Positions 40,645 to 49,938 of a stretch of 64,000 nucleotides of DNA are shown in pieces. The notes under the pieces are model-generated. The model searched no databases. It worked only from the letters and a program-made list of their open reading frames with translations, and was not told where the DNA came from. The position numbers and the translations under genes are program-made. Origin of the DNA: Alphaproteobacteria bacterium (GTDB lineage: Bacteria > Pseudomonadota > Alphaproteobacteria > UBA6615); contig CBDHEC010000051.1 in the NCBI GenBank assembly GCA_965261975.1, positions 146,261 through 210,260 on the forward strand, in the 5' to 3' direction. Numbering within the stretch: position 1 is the first letter of the stretch; the number at the start of each line of letters is the position of its first letter.

Positions 40645-41768
40645 GTGCCGCATTCGGATAGCACCCGGTGGCGAAGTTTGGAAAGCCGTTCTTGCGAAGC
40701 AGCATAGCGCAAATCATCGACCAGCCGCCGCACATCGCGAATCTGAAACAGCACGCGGCTCATCGAATAGCGAAGCTCCAGTGCTGAATCCTGGTTGCGA
40801 AGCGCAACAGTGATGTCACTCTCGATATCGGCGATCGGCGCGCGCAAGTCATCGCCGATCTCGTCGAGGACATCGCGACGCTTGGTCTCGAGGTCCTTCA
40901 ACGCCTCATGCGTCTCGCGCAATTCGCGTGTCTGTTCCGCCACCGTAGCCTCGAGCTGCGAACGTGACACCATCGTATCGCGAAGACTTTTCGCCATCTC
41001 GTCGAAAGCGTGTGCCAACTCGCCCAGTTCGTCGGTACGGCGGGATGAAATCTTGACGCCGAAGTCGCCGGTGCCGATGGATTGCGTTGCACGCGCGAGT
41101 TCGCGGACAGGGCGGCTCATGCGTCCCGCCAGGAAGACTGCAGCTATTCCCGCCAACATCAGCGCGACAGCCAGCACCAACGCGAGGCGTAATTCGAGTT
41201 CTTGCAGCGCTGCGTCCGCCACCTTCGACAACTCGGCCTGCATCGCGGTTACCTCGGCACTGATATATTGCGCATTGAAGACGACCTCGACCGCGCCGAA
41301 GACATAGCCGTCCTCTACGATTGGTTCGATCACGCGCAGATTCGCCTCATCGGTTTCCTGTCCGGGTTGTTTGCCTCGCAGTGCATCAACAACGCGTTGC
41401 GGGGCCGGATCGCCAAATCGCGGCAGTTTCTGTGAGCCATCATGGAAGACCGTCTCGTCTCGCCCATAAACACTGACCGACCGCACGTCGTCTCGCTCGA
41501 CAAGCGGACGGATGATGTTGCCAACTCCCGAGATATCTTCCGCAAAAAGCGGCTCCAACAGCCGTTCAGCCGTAATTCGTGCCGTCGAGACGGCCTGCGT
41601 GCGCGCATTCGAGGTCAAAACACTATCCAGCCGTTCGAGGTTCTCGATCTCAAAGGCATGCACGATACGGTCGATTGTCGCGCGCTGAGCGCCCAAAACG
41701 ACAATGGCGACGCCCGCGACAAGCGCGACGAGTGTGAGGACGTATTTGGTACGGAGCCTGAATTTCAT
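40623..41768 (-). CDS. Membrane sensor with periplasmic domain, HAMP and degenerate HisKA; no HATPase domain
   Basis: Two TM segments, HAMP (SRPVREL...DELGELAHAFDEM), H-box-like IGDDLRAPI, RRLVDDL; ends inside tRNA-Ser. Confidence 0.8.
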   Translation of the reverse strand: MKFRLRTKYVLTLVALVAGVAIVVLGAQRATIDRIVHAFEIENLERLDSVLTSNARTQAVSTARITAERLLEPLFAEDISGVGNIIRPLVERDDVRSVSVYGRDETVFHDGSQKLPRFGDPAPQRVVDALRGKQPGQETDEANLRVIEPIVEDGYVFGAVEVVFNAQYISAEVTAMQAELSKVADAALQELELRLALVLAVALMLAGIAAVFLAGRMSRPVRELARATQSIGTGDFGVKISSRRTDELGELAHAFDEMAKSLRDTMVSRSQLEATVAEQTRELRETHEALKDLETKRRDVLDEIGDDLRAPIADIESDITVALRNQDSALELRYSMSRVLFQIRDVRRLVDDLRYAASQERLSKLRHRVLSECGTEGWPSG

Positions 41769-41770
41769 CG

Positions 41771-42751
41771 TTAGCCTCCGTGACGCTGGCGCACGGCGTC
41801 ACGGATCCGGTCTAGCGCAGCATCCGTTGCCGGATCGACTTCAACGTAGCGGCTGACCCCGAAGTATCTTTTCATTACCGGTGCGGCGGACTCATCAAGA
41901 TGCATGGCCAGCAATACCTCGCGCAGCCTGGATTTCATCGCCGGCGGAAGAGAACGGCGAACCAACAGAACCGAACGCGGCACCCATTGGGTCAGATGAA
42001 ACACACGAAGTTTGGGCCTGAAGCGTTCGGTCATCACCTCCGGATCGTCAAGATCTGTCTCACTGATAGCGCCCACATCCATGCGTCCGCGAACAACTGA
42101 ACCGACAACATTCACTTCGGATCCCGAGAAGGCGTAAAGGACCGTCATGTTGTCCGGGCTTCGAACCCCGACGGGGGACAGATCGAGGCCGGCATCCATG
42201 ATCTCGAGATAGGGCAGAAAGAACCCGGACGTCGAACCCGGATCCTCGAATGCAACCGTGCGGCCGCGCAAGTCCGAGATTGATCTTATATCACTGTCTT
42301 TCTGCACGATCAGCGCGCTTCGGTATCGCGTCACGTTTCGTTTCCACTCGAGGAGCATGATTTCCATTTTGCCCGTGTTCTCGAGGCGCGCGGCGGTAAA
42401 TACGGTTTCGGATATCACGTCGATCTCGCCGCGCGCAGCCGCCGCCAGGACGTTTTGAACGTCCGCGTCCATCACGATTTCCGCACGGGTTCGAAAGTCA
42501 GCACCCAACCGGTCCGTCAGATACTCTCCGAAGGCCATCAATCGACCGGCGTGTTTTCGCGGGTTTCCCGATACCCGACCGATCGTCAGTGTCTTTTGCG
42601 GAGCGTGCATGGCCTTGTCGTCCGCGGCCCACGCCGCAGAGGTTGCCGCCGCCAGATCGACAAGCGCTAGAAACACCACACAGAAAGCGGGCAGGAAATA
42701 CTGCCGCAGCAACGGACCGGGTTGATCGAGCATCATTCTATAATACCGCAC
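41771..42751 (-). CDS. PhnD-type phosphate/phosphite/phosphonate-binding periplasmic protein
   Basis: Signal peptide, YRSALIV.KDS.I.S..DLRG..VAFEDPGSTSGFFLP; start may be 42733-42736. Confidence 0.88.
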   Translation of the reverse strand: MRYYRMMLDQPGPLLRQYFLPAFCVVFLALVDLAAATSAAWAADDKAMHAPQKTLTIGRVSGNPRKHAGRLMAFGEYLTDRLGADFRTRAEIVMDADVQNVLAAAARGEIDVISETVFTAARLENTGKMEIMLLEWKRNVTRYRSALIVQKDSDIRSISDLRGRTVAFEDPGSTSGFFLPYLEIMDAGLDLSPVGVRSPDNMTVLYAFSGSEVNVVGSVVRGRMDVGAISETDLDDPEVMTERFRPKLRVFHLTQWVPRSVLLVRRSLPPAMKSRLREVLLAMHLDESAAPVMKRYFGVSRYVEVDPATDAALDRIRDAVRQRHGG

Positions 42752-42895
42752 CCGGAGGCGCCCAGGACGTGAAATCCTTTACTTCGTGACACAGGGCTTT
42801 TTCGCATAAACCCGACCTGAATCGCCATTCGAGTTGCCAAGTCGCCCCGGCCTTCCGATATTGCACAGACACAGCGGATAATCAGGTCACGAGCG

Positions 42896-43734
42896 ATGCC
42901 GAACGAAACAGCCATAGCCCCGTCTCATGTCCGGGCGGACGTGAAGTATATGACTGACACCGGGGAGAAGCGGTTGATCTATATCCCGTCGGAAGCGGGA
43001 CAGGACAATTCGAAATGGGCCGGCCTGTATGAAGACCGTGAGGTCGACATCCACAATGCACGCAACATGGCAGACCCCTTCGACCTCGACACCGCGGGCT
43101 TCGCCATCGTCTTGCAACCCAGTGCCGTGACCGACTTTTATGACGATGTGCAGATCTCCGACACCTATGAAGACGAGATCGTGGCGCTTCTCGAGAACCG
43201 GACAGGCGCGAAGCACGTCCATATTTTCGATCACACGCGCCGAGCGGATTCAGAGTCAATGCGCGCGGAAAAAGTCGTCCGGGAACCCGCCGGAGTCATT
43301 CACAACGACTACACGCAAGCCTCCGCTGAAAAGCGCGTGCGCGATCTATTTCCGGCAGACGAGGCAGAGGACCTTTTTTGTCCCGTCGGTTTGCCATCGT
43401 CAATGTCTGGCGATCATCGAACAATGCGATGATCGAAACCGCACCGCTGGCCCTGTGTGATGCACGCAGCGTGCACGACAAAGACCTGATCACCGTGGAA
43501 CGCCATTCGAAGGACCGAATTGGCGAGGTCCAGCAGGTCCTCTTCAATCCGGCCCACAAATGGTTCTACTACCCGGGTCTGCAAGCCGAAGAGGCATTGT
43601 TGATCAAGACATATGATTCCGCCGTCGACGGGCGAGCGCGCTTTTCTGTTCACACGGCGTTCGAGGACCCGTCGGCTTCGCCTGACGCGCCCCCGCGCGA
43701 AAGCATCGAGACCCGCGCGTTTGTGTTTTACTAG
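42896..43734 (+). CDS. CmcJ/NvfI family oxidoreductase (frameshift in T-run 43374-43379, probably a sequencing error)
   Basis: IFDHTRR, IHNDYT | RFAIVNVWR, PLALCDARS, HTAFEDP..RESIETR. Confidence 0.85.
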
Positions 43735-43770
43735 ATTGCCAGGACAGGCGAGCCGTCGCCGGGCAGGGCG

Positions 43771-44136
43771 CTATTCCGCCGCAGCACCGCGCAAGTCGCG
43801 CAGCGTGACAATATCCTGCAGAACATCGAAGGCGTTGCCTGGCAGTTCATAGAACTCGCCGCCAAACTTCCCGTCCTCGACCTCGACATTCGTGATGTTC
43901 ACGAGGATCAGCACATCGCGATTCCGGTAGTCGGTAAACCGCAACTCAGCCAACTGGTCCACCTCAGGCCAGACAAGGTCCTTGGTCACCTGCTTTGCAC
44001 CATCGGCGCCGAATCCCGACAAACCGATGTCGAGAATACGGATCGGTTGATCATCGAGCATTGCCTCGATGACGATCTCGCGGCGACGATCGCGGCGGCG
44101 ATCACCACTCGTATACCCAATGACTCGTGTGGCCAT
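43771..44136 (-). CDS. PilZ-like domain protein
   Basis: DRRRDRR (RxxxR) followed by DIGLSG (DxSxxG variant). Confidence 0.6.
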   Translation of the reverse strand: MATRVIGYTSGDRRRDRRREIVIEAMLDDQPIRILDIGLSGFGADGAKQVTKDLVWPEVDQLAELRFTDYRNRDVLILVNITNVEVEDGKFGGEFYELPGNAFDVLQDIVTLRDLRGAAAE

Positions 44137-44183
44137 GTTTTGCCCATTCTTCTAACGCGATACACCACGTTCGCCGAAAGTCG

Positions 44184-44199
44184 TTAATCAAGGCTAAAC
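44184..44199 (+). promoter_or_regulatory. CtrA-like site upstream of the PilZ-like gene
   Basis: TTAA-tcaaggc-TAAAC (1 mismatch to consensus). Confidence 0.45.
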
Positions 44200-44287
44200 G
44201 AACAGCTTCTCGGCTAGGCTGACGTGACATCGGAACGCCCCTCAGCCATAAACGGGGCTCTCCACGCAGGCGTACGAGGCAGTCGCA

Positions 44288-45529
44288 TTGGTCAAAGTCA
44301 TCGTCCAGATGTACCCGGTTTTGCCGACGGCATCCGAGGAAGAGCGCATGGCGTTACGTCCCATCGGGCGGAATGCGGAGCTGTTCCAGCAGACCCTGCG
44401 CGGCTGGTGCGACATCGTGGAGGAGGCGGACAGGCTCGGCCTGTGGGGTGTCACGGCCATCGAGCATCACTTCCATTCCGAGGGATACGAGGTCAGCCCC
44501 AATCCCGGCGTGATGAACGCATTCTGGGGCGCGCGAACGGAAAATATTCGCGTCGGCCAGCTCGGCTATGTGATGAGCGCGCAGAACCCCATCCGGGTGG
44601 CCGAGGAAACGGCCATGCTCGATCACCTGACCGAGGGTCGTTGCTTCGTTGGTTTCTCACGCGGCTTCCAGTCCCGCTGGACAGATGTACTGGGTCAACA
44701 TCTCGGCACGCGCGCCACCCTGTCCGACGGCGGCGCCGACGACCAGCTTAACCGGGAGATATTCGAAGACGCCGTCGACATCGTGCGCAAGGCGTGGACC
44801 GAAGAAAGCATCGAACATAATTCGGCGCGCTGGCAGATCCCGTTTCCCCACGACACCGGTGTGCAAAACTGGCCCATGGCTGCGTGGACGGAAAAGCTGG
44901 GCGCGCCCGGAGAAATCGGTGCGGACGGCGAGGTGCGCCGGGTCAGTGTAGTCCCGGCACCGTACACAAACCCCCATCCGCCGGTCTTCATCGCTTCGAA
45001 TGCCAGCCAGGAGACGGTTGAGTATGCCGGTCGTCACGGTTTCATCCCGGCGTACTTCTCACACATGGACAAGGTCGCCGATTTCGGGCCGGCCTATGTC
45101 GAAGCCGCGGGGCGGGCTGGACACCAGTTTTCCCTTGGCCAGAACCAGGCGATCGTGCGCATGCCGCGTATCGCCGGGAGCATGGCCGATGCCCGCCGGG
45201 CGGTCGCAGCCTATGACGGCCCGATCTACAAGCATTTCTACGAGAACTTCCTGCCGGCCGGCCTCCGCGCCAAGGCCAACGTCCAGCCCGATACACCGCT
45301 GGAGGATCTCGTCGACCCGATGATCGACACCGGCCTGTTCGTACCGGGCACCGCCAGCCAGGTTCGCGAGCATTTCGTCGAACAGTGGAAACATCTGCCG
45401 GCGGAATACGTGATCCTGATCTATCACTACGCCCAGCAGCCAAAGGACAGTGTGATCGAGAACCTCAAGCTGTTCATGGAAGAGGTGAAACCCGCGCTGG
45501 ATGAGCTCACGCCATACGCGGAAGACTGA
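44288..45529 (+). CDS. Luciferase-like (LLM class) flavin-dependent oxidoreductase
   Basis: IEHHFHSEG, NPIRVAEETAMLDHLTEGR, PYTNPHPP. Confidence 0.9.
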   Translation: MVKVIVQMYPVLPTASEEERMALRPIGRNAELFQQTLRGWCDIVEEADRLGLWGVTAIEHHFHSEGYEVSPNPGVMNAFWGARTENIRVGQLGYVMSAQNPIRVAEETAMLDHLTEGRCFVGFSRGFQSRWTDVLGQHLGTRATLSDGGADDQLNREIFEDAVDIVRKAWTEESIEHNSARWQIPFPHDTGVQNWPMAAWTEKLGAPGEIGADGEVRRVSVVPAPYTNPHPPVFIASNASQETVEYAGRHGFIPAYFSHMDKVADFGPAYVEAAGRAGHQFSLGQNQAIVRMPRIAGSMADARRAVAAYDGPIYKHFYENFLPAGLRAKANVQPDTPLEDLVDPMIDTGLFVPGTASQVREHFVEQWKHLPAEYVILIYHYAQQPKDSVIENLKLFMEEVKPALDELTPYAED

Positions 45530-45533
45530 TCAC

Positions 45534-46505
45534 CTACAGCCGCTTGCCCGCGGCGTCCGCAGCACCATGCAGCGCGGCCTTGGGCAACATCACATGACAA
45601 CCCTTGTTCACGTTGACCAGCTGTGAAACCCGCACATCCGCGGCAAGGCTGCACAGGGAATAGGCGTCCTCTGCCGAGAGATTGGTGCGCTCCTGAATCA
45701 GCACAATCATATCCCGCAGCCCCTGCTTAGCCGCATCGTCCAGGTCCTGGTCGATGCCGATGGTGATGTAGTGGGTGTCGGTTTCCGCCCGCGGCATCTT
45801 GTAGGAGAGGTCCTTGCGTACGTGGAACTCGAACGTCCCGATCAGCGCTGTCTCCGCCGCCGACAGGCAGCTCTCGCCGTCACCCTGAAGCGCGTGACCA
45901 TCGCCGGTCTGGAAATTGCCGCCGGGCACATGGACCGGCAGGTACAGGATCGAGCCCGCACCCAGTTCCTTGATGTCCAGATTGCCGCCATGGGGCTGGG
46001 GCACGATCGAGGTGATGGTGCCCCATTCGGGCGGCGGCGAGACGCCCATCACGCCGAAGAAGGCGTTGCACGGCAGGTCCACGCCCCAGGGCAGCTTCGC
46101 GACATGTGCCTCACGGTCGAGCGGAATATTCAGCACCCGCTTCTTGTGGAAGTCCTCGGGCAGGGAGCCCTTGAGCGGCATGATCATGTTCCACGCCCAG
46201 TCCTGGCGCAGTTCCACATCGATGATCCGCACCTCCAGCACGTCACCGGGCTCGGCACCGCGCACCGCGACGGGCCCGGTCATGATGTGGCCCGGCAGGA
46301 TCGGCTTGTTGTCGGCGATGAAGGCGGCATGGTCCGGCAGCAGGCTGTCGCGGACTTCTTCCGGGATCTGGTCCGGCCCGCCGGAGATCGTCTCGATGAC
46401 CACCCGGTCGCCGGGGTCAATTTCGAGGACGGCCTCGAAGTCTGCAGAGAACGCGCCCCAGCGGAGATTCTCCGGTGCTGACGTCAAACGATGTTCCGTG
46501 GCCAT
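45534..46505 (-). CDS. Acetamidase/formamidase family protein
   Basis: HIMTGPVAVRGAEPGDVL, HGGNLD, GDGHALQGDGE. Confidence 0.93.
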   Translation of the reverse strand: MATEHRLTSAPENLRWGAFSADFEAVLEIDPGDRVVIETISGGPDQIPEEVRDSLLPDHAAFIADNKPILPGHIMTGPVAVRGAEPGDVLEVRIIDVELRQDWAWNMIMPLKGSLPEDFHKKRVLNIPLDREAHVAKLPWGVDLPCNAFFGVMGVSPPPEWGTITSIVPQPHGGNLDIKELGAGSILYLPVHVPGGNFQTGDGHALQGDGESCLSAAETALIGTFEFHVRKDLSYKMPRAETDTHYITIGIDQDLDDAAKQGLRDMIVLIQERTNLSAEDAYSLCSLAADVRVSQLVNVNKGCHVMLPKAALHGAADAAGKRL

Positions 46506-46570
46506 GATTTCCCCCAAGACGCTTGTTTGAATTCCATTGTGTCGGGGCACCGGGGCAGGGGCAAGAGCCG

Positions 46571-47329
46571 CTACATGGCCGATACACCGCCATCGAGCAC
46601 CAGTTCCGAGCCGGTCATGAACCGGCTTTCATCCGAGGCCAGGTAGACGACGGCATAGGCCACGTCATCGGGTTCGGCGACGATACCCAGCGGAATCTGC
46701 TGTGCCAGCCGTTCCAGCCCTTCCTCCCGCGTCCCGCGTTTGAGAATGGTATCGAGGATCGGCGTGTCGACGAAGGCCGGATGGACGGAGTTGCAACGAA
46801 CATTGTTCGCCTGTCGCGCGCAGTGCAGCGCGACCGACTTGGTCAGGTGCCGCACACCCGCTTTGGCGGAGTTGTAGGCCGCCAGATTGTGTCCTGCGAT
46901 AATTCCGGAGATCGACGAGATATTGACGATCGAACCGCCCCCCGAAGCTGCGATATGGGCGATCGCGTGTTTGCAGCCGAGAAACACGCTGTCGAGGTCA
47001 AGCGCATGCAGATTGCGCCAATCCTCCAGAGAGGTTTCCTCGACCGTGCCGTTGATCGCCGTCCCTGCGCAATTCACCAACACATGCAGGCCTCCGAATG
47101 CCGCCACGACCGTTCCGAGGGACATCGTCCAGGCATTCTCGTCCGTCACGTCATGGGCAATCGCGATGGCGTTCTCGCCGATCTCGTCGGCAACCTCGCG
47201 CGCGCCATCCAGGTTGATATCCGAGACGGCCACCCGTGCGCCTTGCTTCGCCAGCATCAATGCCGAAGCGCGGCCGATCCCGGATGCGCCACCGGTCACC
47301 AGCGCTATTTTCCCGCTCACCCGTTCCAA
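46571..47329 (-). CDS. Short-chain dehydrogenase/reductase
   Basis: [13 protein letters not shown] catalytic motif; TTG start after GGAGGAG. Confidence 0.92.
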   Translation of the reverse strand: MERVSGKIALVTGGASGIGRASALMLAKQGARVAVSDINLDGAREVADEIGENAIAIAHDVTDENAWTMSLGTVVAAFGGLHVLVNCAGTAINGTVEETSLEDWRNLHALDLDSVFLGCKHAIAHIAASGGGSIVNISSISGIIAGHNLAAYNSAKAGVRHLTKSVALHCARQANNVRCNSVHPAFVDTPILDTILKRGTREEGLERLAQQIPLGIVAEPDDVAYAVVYLASDESRFMTGSELVLDGGVSAM

Positions 47330-47380
47330 ATCGAAACTCCTCCGATAGACTGATCGCATGAAGGCGCAAGGACCCGATCA

Positions 47381-47890
47381 ATGCAACCGCTGACGACCAA
47401 ACGTCTCGCATTGCGGCCATTCACGCTCGACGATGTCGAGGCGGCCTTCGGCTTCTTCGGCGACCCCGAGGTCATGCGGTTCAGCCTTAACGGGCCGCAT
47501 AATTCGCGCAAGACGACCGAAGATTTCGTCGTCACGAACATCAACCGGCAGGCGCGTTTGGGTTTCTCCATCTGGGCCGTCGTCGAAACCACCAGCGGCG
47601 ACCTTATCGGCATGTGCGGCCTGGCCGAGTTCGGACACGGCGTCGAGGGCACTGAACTCGCCTACAGATTGCGCCGCGATCGCTGGGGGAAGGGTTATGC
47701 GACCGAGGCGGGGCAGGCGGCCGTCGAACATGCCTTCGGCTCGCTCGGGTTGGATCGGCTGATCGCCGCCGTCGAACGAGAGAACACGCCGTCGATCCAT
47801 GTCTTGAAGAAATGCGGCTTTGCATTCGTCCGCGATCAGGAGATCGCCGGCAAGGACGCGCTGGTCTTCGAGCAACTCGCGCCGATCTAG
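47381..47890 (+). CDS. GNAT N-acetyltransferase (RimJ/RimL-like)
   Basis: LTTKRLALRPF, RWGKGYATEA, N..SIHVLKKCGF. Confidence 0.9.
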   Translation: MQPLTTKRLALRPFTLDDVEAAFGFFGDPEVMRFSLNGPHNSRKTTEDFVVTNINRQARLGFSIWAVVETTSGDLIGMCGLAEFGHGVEGTELAYRLRRDRWGKGYATEAGQAAVEHAFGSLGLDRLIAAVERENTPSIHVLKKCGFAFVRDQEIAGKDALVFEQLAPI

Positions 47891-47893
47891 AAC

Positions 47894-48928
47894 TCAGGCC
47901 AACCGCCCGCCGGCGGATTTCCACGCATCGATCCCACCTGCCAGATGACACGGGTTGTTGATACCGGCACCCAGTGCAGCTTCCACTGCCATCGCCGAGC
48001 GTTCGCCAAACGCACAGTAGAAGACGATCCGCTTGCCCGACGATTGCGCGAGTTCGAACAGCATCCCGCCCGGGTTCACATTCTCGTCGAGATCGGGATA
48101 GGGGGCATGGACCGAGCCGGGTATCACGCCGTTCTTCTCGCGTTCGGTATCGTCGCGCAGATCGACCAACATGATGCTCGGGTCGCCCACCTGGGCTATT
48201 CCCTGGCCGCAATTGAGCGACATCCCCATGCGTTCGAGATCGTCCTGTTTCAGCCCGATCTTCAGATTGGCCGGCACGGCCACATCCATCATCTTCGGAT
48301 TGGCGAGATTAAGGTTTTCCATGATCTCGACATACTGCGCTTCGGTGTCGACCTGCAGGCGCGGGTTGTAGGCCTTCTCCTCGCCGATGGTGCTGACCGT
48401 GTCGCCCTTATAGTCATGCGCGGGATAAACCAGCGTGTCGTCGGGGAGCTTCAGCAATTTGTTGAAGATCGAATCATATTGGGCAGCCGCATCTCCATGC
48501 TGAAAGTCTGTCCGTCCGGTCCCGCGGATCAGCAGCGTATCACCTGTAAAGACACGGTCGTTCATCAGGAAACTGTAGGAATCGTCCGTATGACCCGGGG
48601 TATAGACCACATCCAGGCGCACGCCTTCGATATCGATCGCATCCCCCTCGGCCACCCGCATGGACACGACATCCACACCGCTTTGTTCGCCCATCACCGT
48701 AATGCAGCGGGTGCGATCGCGCAGCGCCCCGAGCCCGGTTATGTGATCGGCATGGACATGGGTGTCGACCGCCTTGATCAGGCGCAGGTCGAGCTCTTCG
48801 AGCAACTGGAGATAACGATCCACCTTGTCGAGGACCGGATCGATGATCAACGCCTCGCCGCCGGGGCGGCTCGCCATCAGATAGGTGTAGGTACTCGATT
48901 CACTGTCGAACAGTTGCCGGAAGATCAT
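47894..48928 (-). CDS. Persulfide dioxygenase (ETHE1-like)-rhodanese fusion
   Basis: MIFRQLFD..SSTYTY, THVHADH, GTGRTDFQ, YPAHDYKG; C-terminal rhodanese with YCAFGERS. Confidence 0.92.
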   Translation of the reverse strand: MIFRQLFDSESSTYTYLMASRPGGEALIIDPVLDKVDRYLQLLEELDLRLIKAVDTHVHADHITGLGALRDRTRCITVMGEQSGVDVVSMRVAEGDAIDIEGVRLDVVYTPGHTDDSYSFLMNDRVFTGDTLLIRGTGRTDFQHGDAAAQYDSIFNKLLKLPDDTLVYPAHDYKGDTVSTIGEEKAYNPRLQVDTEAQYVEIMENLNLANPKMMDVAVPANLKIGLKQDDLERMGMSLNCGQGIAQVGDPSIMLVDLRDDTEREKNGVIPGSVHAPYPDLDENVNPGGMLFELAQSSGKRIVFYCAFGERSAMAVEAALGAGINNPCHLAGGIDAWKSAGGRLA

Positions 48929-49004
48929 CGACGTTTATCCCCATGCGTGAAACCACACAGAGATTACGTGAAATACGCGCTTCGGTGGAAACAAATTCGC
49001 GCGA

Positions 49005-49913
49005 TCAGAGGCGGTAGAACTCACGCGCGGTGTCGTGGAAGAATTTTTCCTGATCGGCCTCGGAGCGCTCGGCCAGGACATCCTTCTGCGTCGACACGTA
49101 ATCGCCGAATGACGTCCACATGCGTTCGACCGGATAGTTGCTGCCGAAGAAACAGCGATCGGTGCCGAACATGTCGAGCGCGGTGTTCGCGGCGATGCCC
49201 ATGATGTCCGCGTCGACCACACGGGTGAAGGTGTTCAGCCCCGATACCTTGATGAAGACATTCTCACACGGCTTCAGCACCTCGAGTGCTTCACGCCACT
49301 CCGCAACCGTCGAACTGTCGGTCGACGTCAGCATCCCGGCATGCACGAGGCATATGTTCAGGTTCGAACATTCGCGCGCGAGCATCGCCAGGTCGGCAAA
49401 CTGGGATGCGAACCCCTGAAAGTCGAATGTCAGTCCGTTGTCCGACAGAATGGAAAGGCCACGGCGGAAGCTCGTCGACAGACAGAAATCCGAACGGTCT
49501 ACGTAGCGCCAGTACTCGTTCTCCGGATGCCAGTACACCTGCTGGCGAATGCCGCGCGTATTGGCGTGGGACAGGTGGCCCTCGATGATTGTTTCCAGGT
49601 TGGGGTCGGTGAGATCAGCATAGGCAACGATGCCGGAAGGAAAGCCGGTTTCGTCCGCCATCGCCTGCAGGCCGGAGGTTTCGTCCACGGGCCGGGTGAT
49701 GTCGAAGTTAGCCTGCACATGGACGGACTTGACCACGTTGTGGGGTTTGAAGTCCGCCATCAGATCGCCGACCGAGTATTCCTGCTTCAGGGCTGACCAG
49801 TCATCGCCGAAAATCATCGGCCGCATGGGCTTGCTCATCCAAGGGTAATTGGCCTCGAGGTCCCAGAAAATATGGTGGTGGGAATCGATGATCGGACCGT
49901 CGTAACGCGGCAT
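49005..49913 (-). CDS. Amidohydrolase family protein (amidohydro_2)
   Basis: IIDSHHHIF, NVFIKVSGL, FG.DRCFFGSNYP. Confidence 0.88.
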   Translation of the reverse strand: MPRYDGPIIDSHHHIFWDLEANYPWMSKPMRPMIFGDDWSALKQEYSVGDLMADFKPHNVVKSVHVQANFDITRPVDETSGLQAMADETGFPSGIVAYADLTDPNLETIIEGHLSHANTRGIRQQVYWHPENEYWRYVDRSDFCLSTSFRRGLSILSDNGLTFDFQGFASQFADLAMLARECSNLNICLVHAGMLTSTDSSTVAEWREALEVLKPCENVFIKVSGLNTFTRVVDADIMGIAANTALDMFGTDRCFFGSNYPVERMWTSFGDYVSTQKDVLAERSEADQEKFFHDTAREFYRL

Positions 49914-49938
49914 CAAAATACTCCTTCAAGAATAACGT

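Noticed and set aside
41771-42751. Binding protein as AioX of an arsenite oxidation system, or with its own Pho box
   Set aside because: The mature protein has no Cys, no aioAB/aioR is present, and the upstream TGTCAC has no partner at 11-bp spacing
43374-43379. Programmed frameshift or phase-variable poly-T tract in the CmcJ-like gene
   Set aside because: The run is only 6 nt and four similar indels hit unrelated genes, so sequencing error is the simpler explanation
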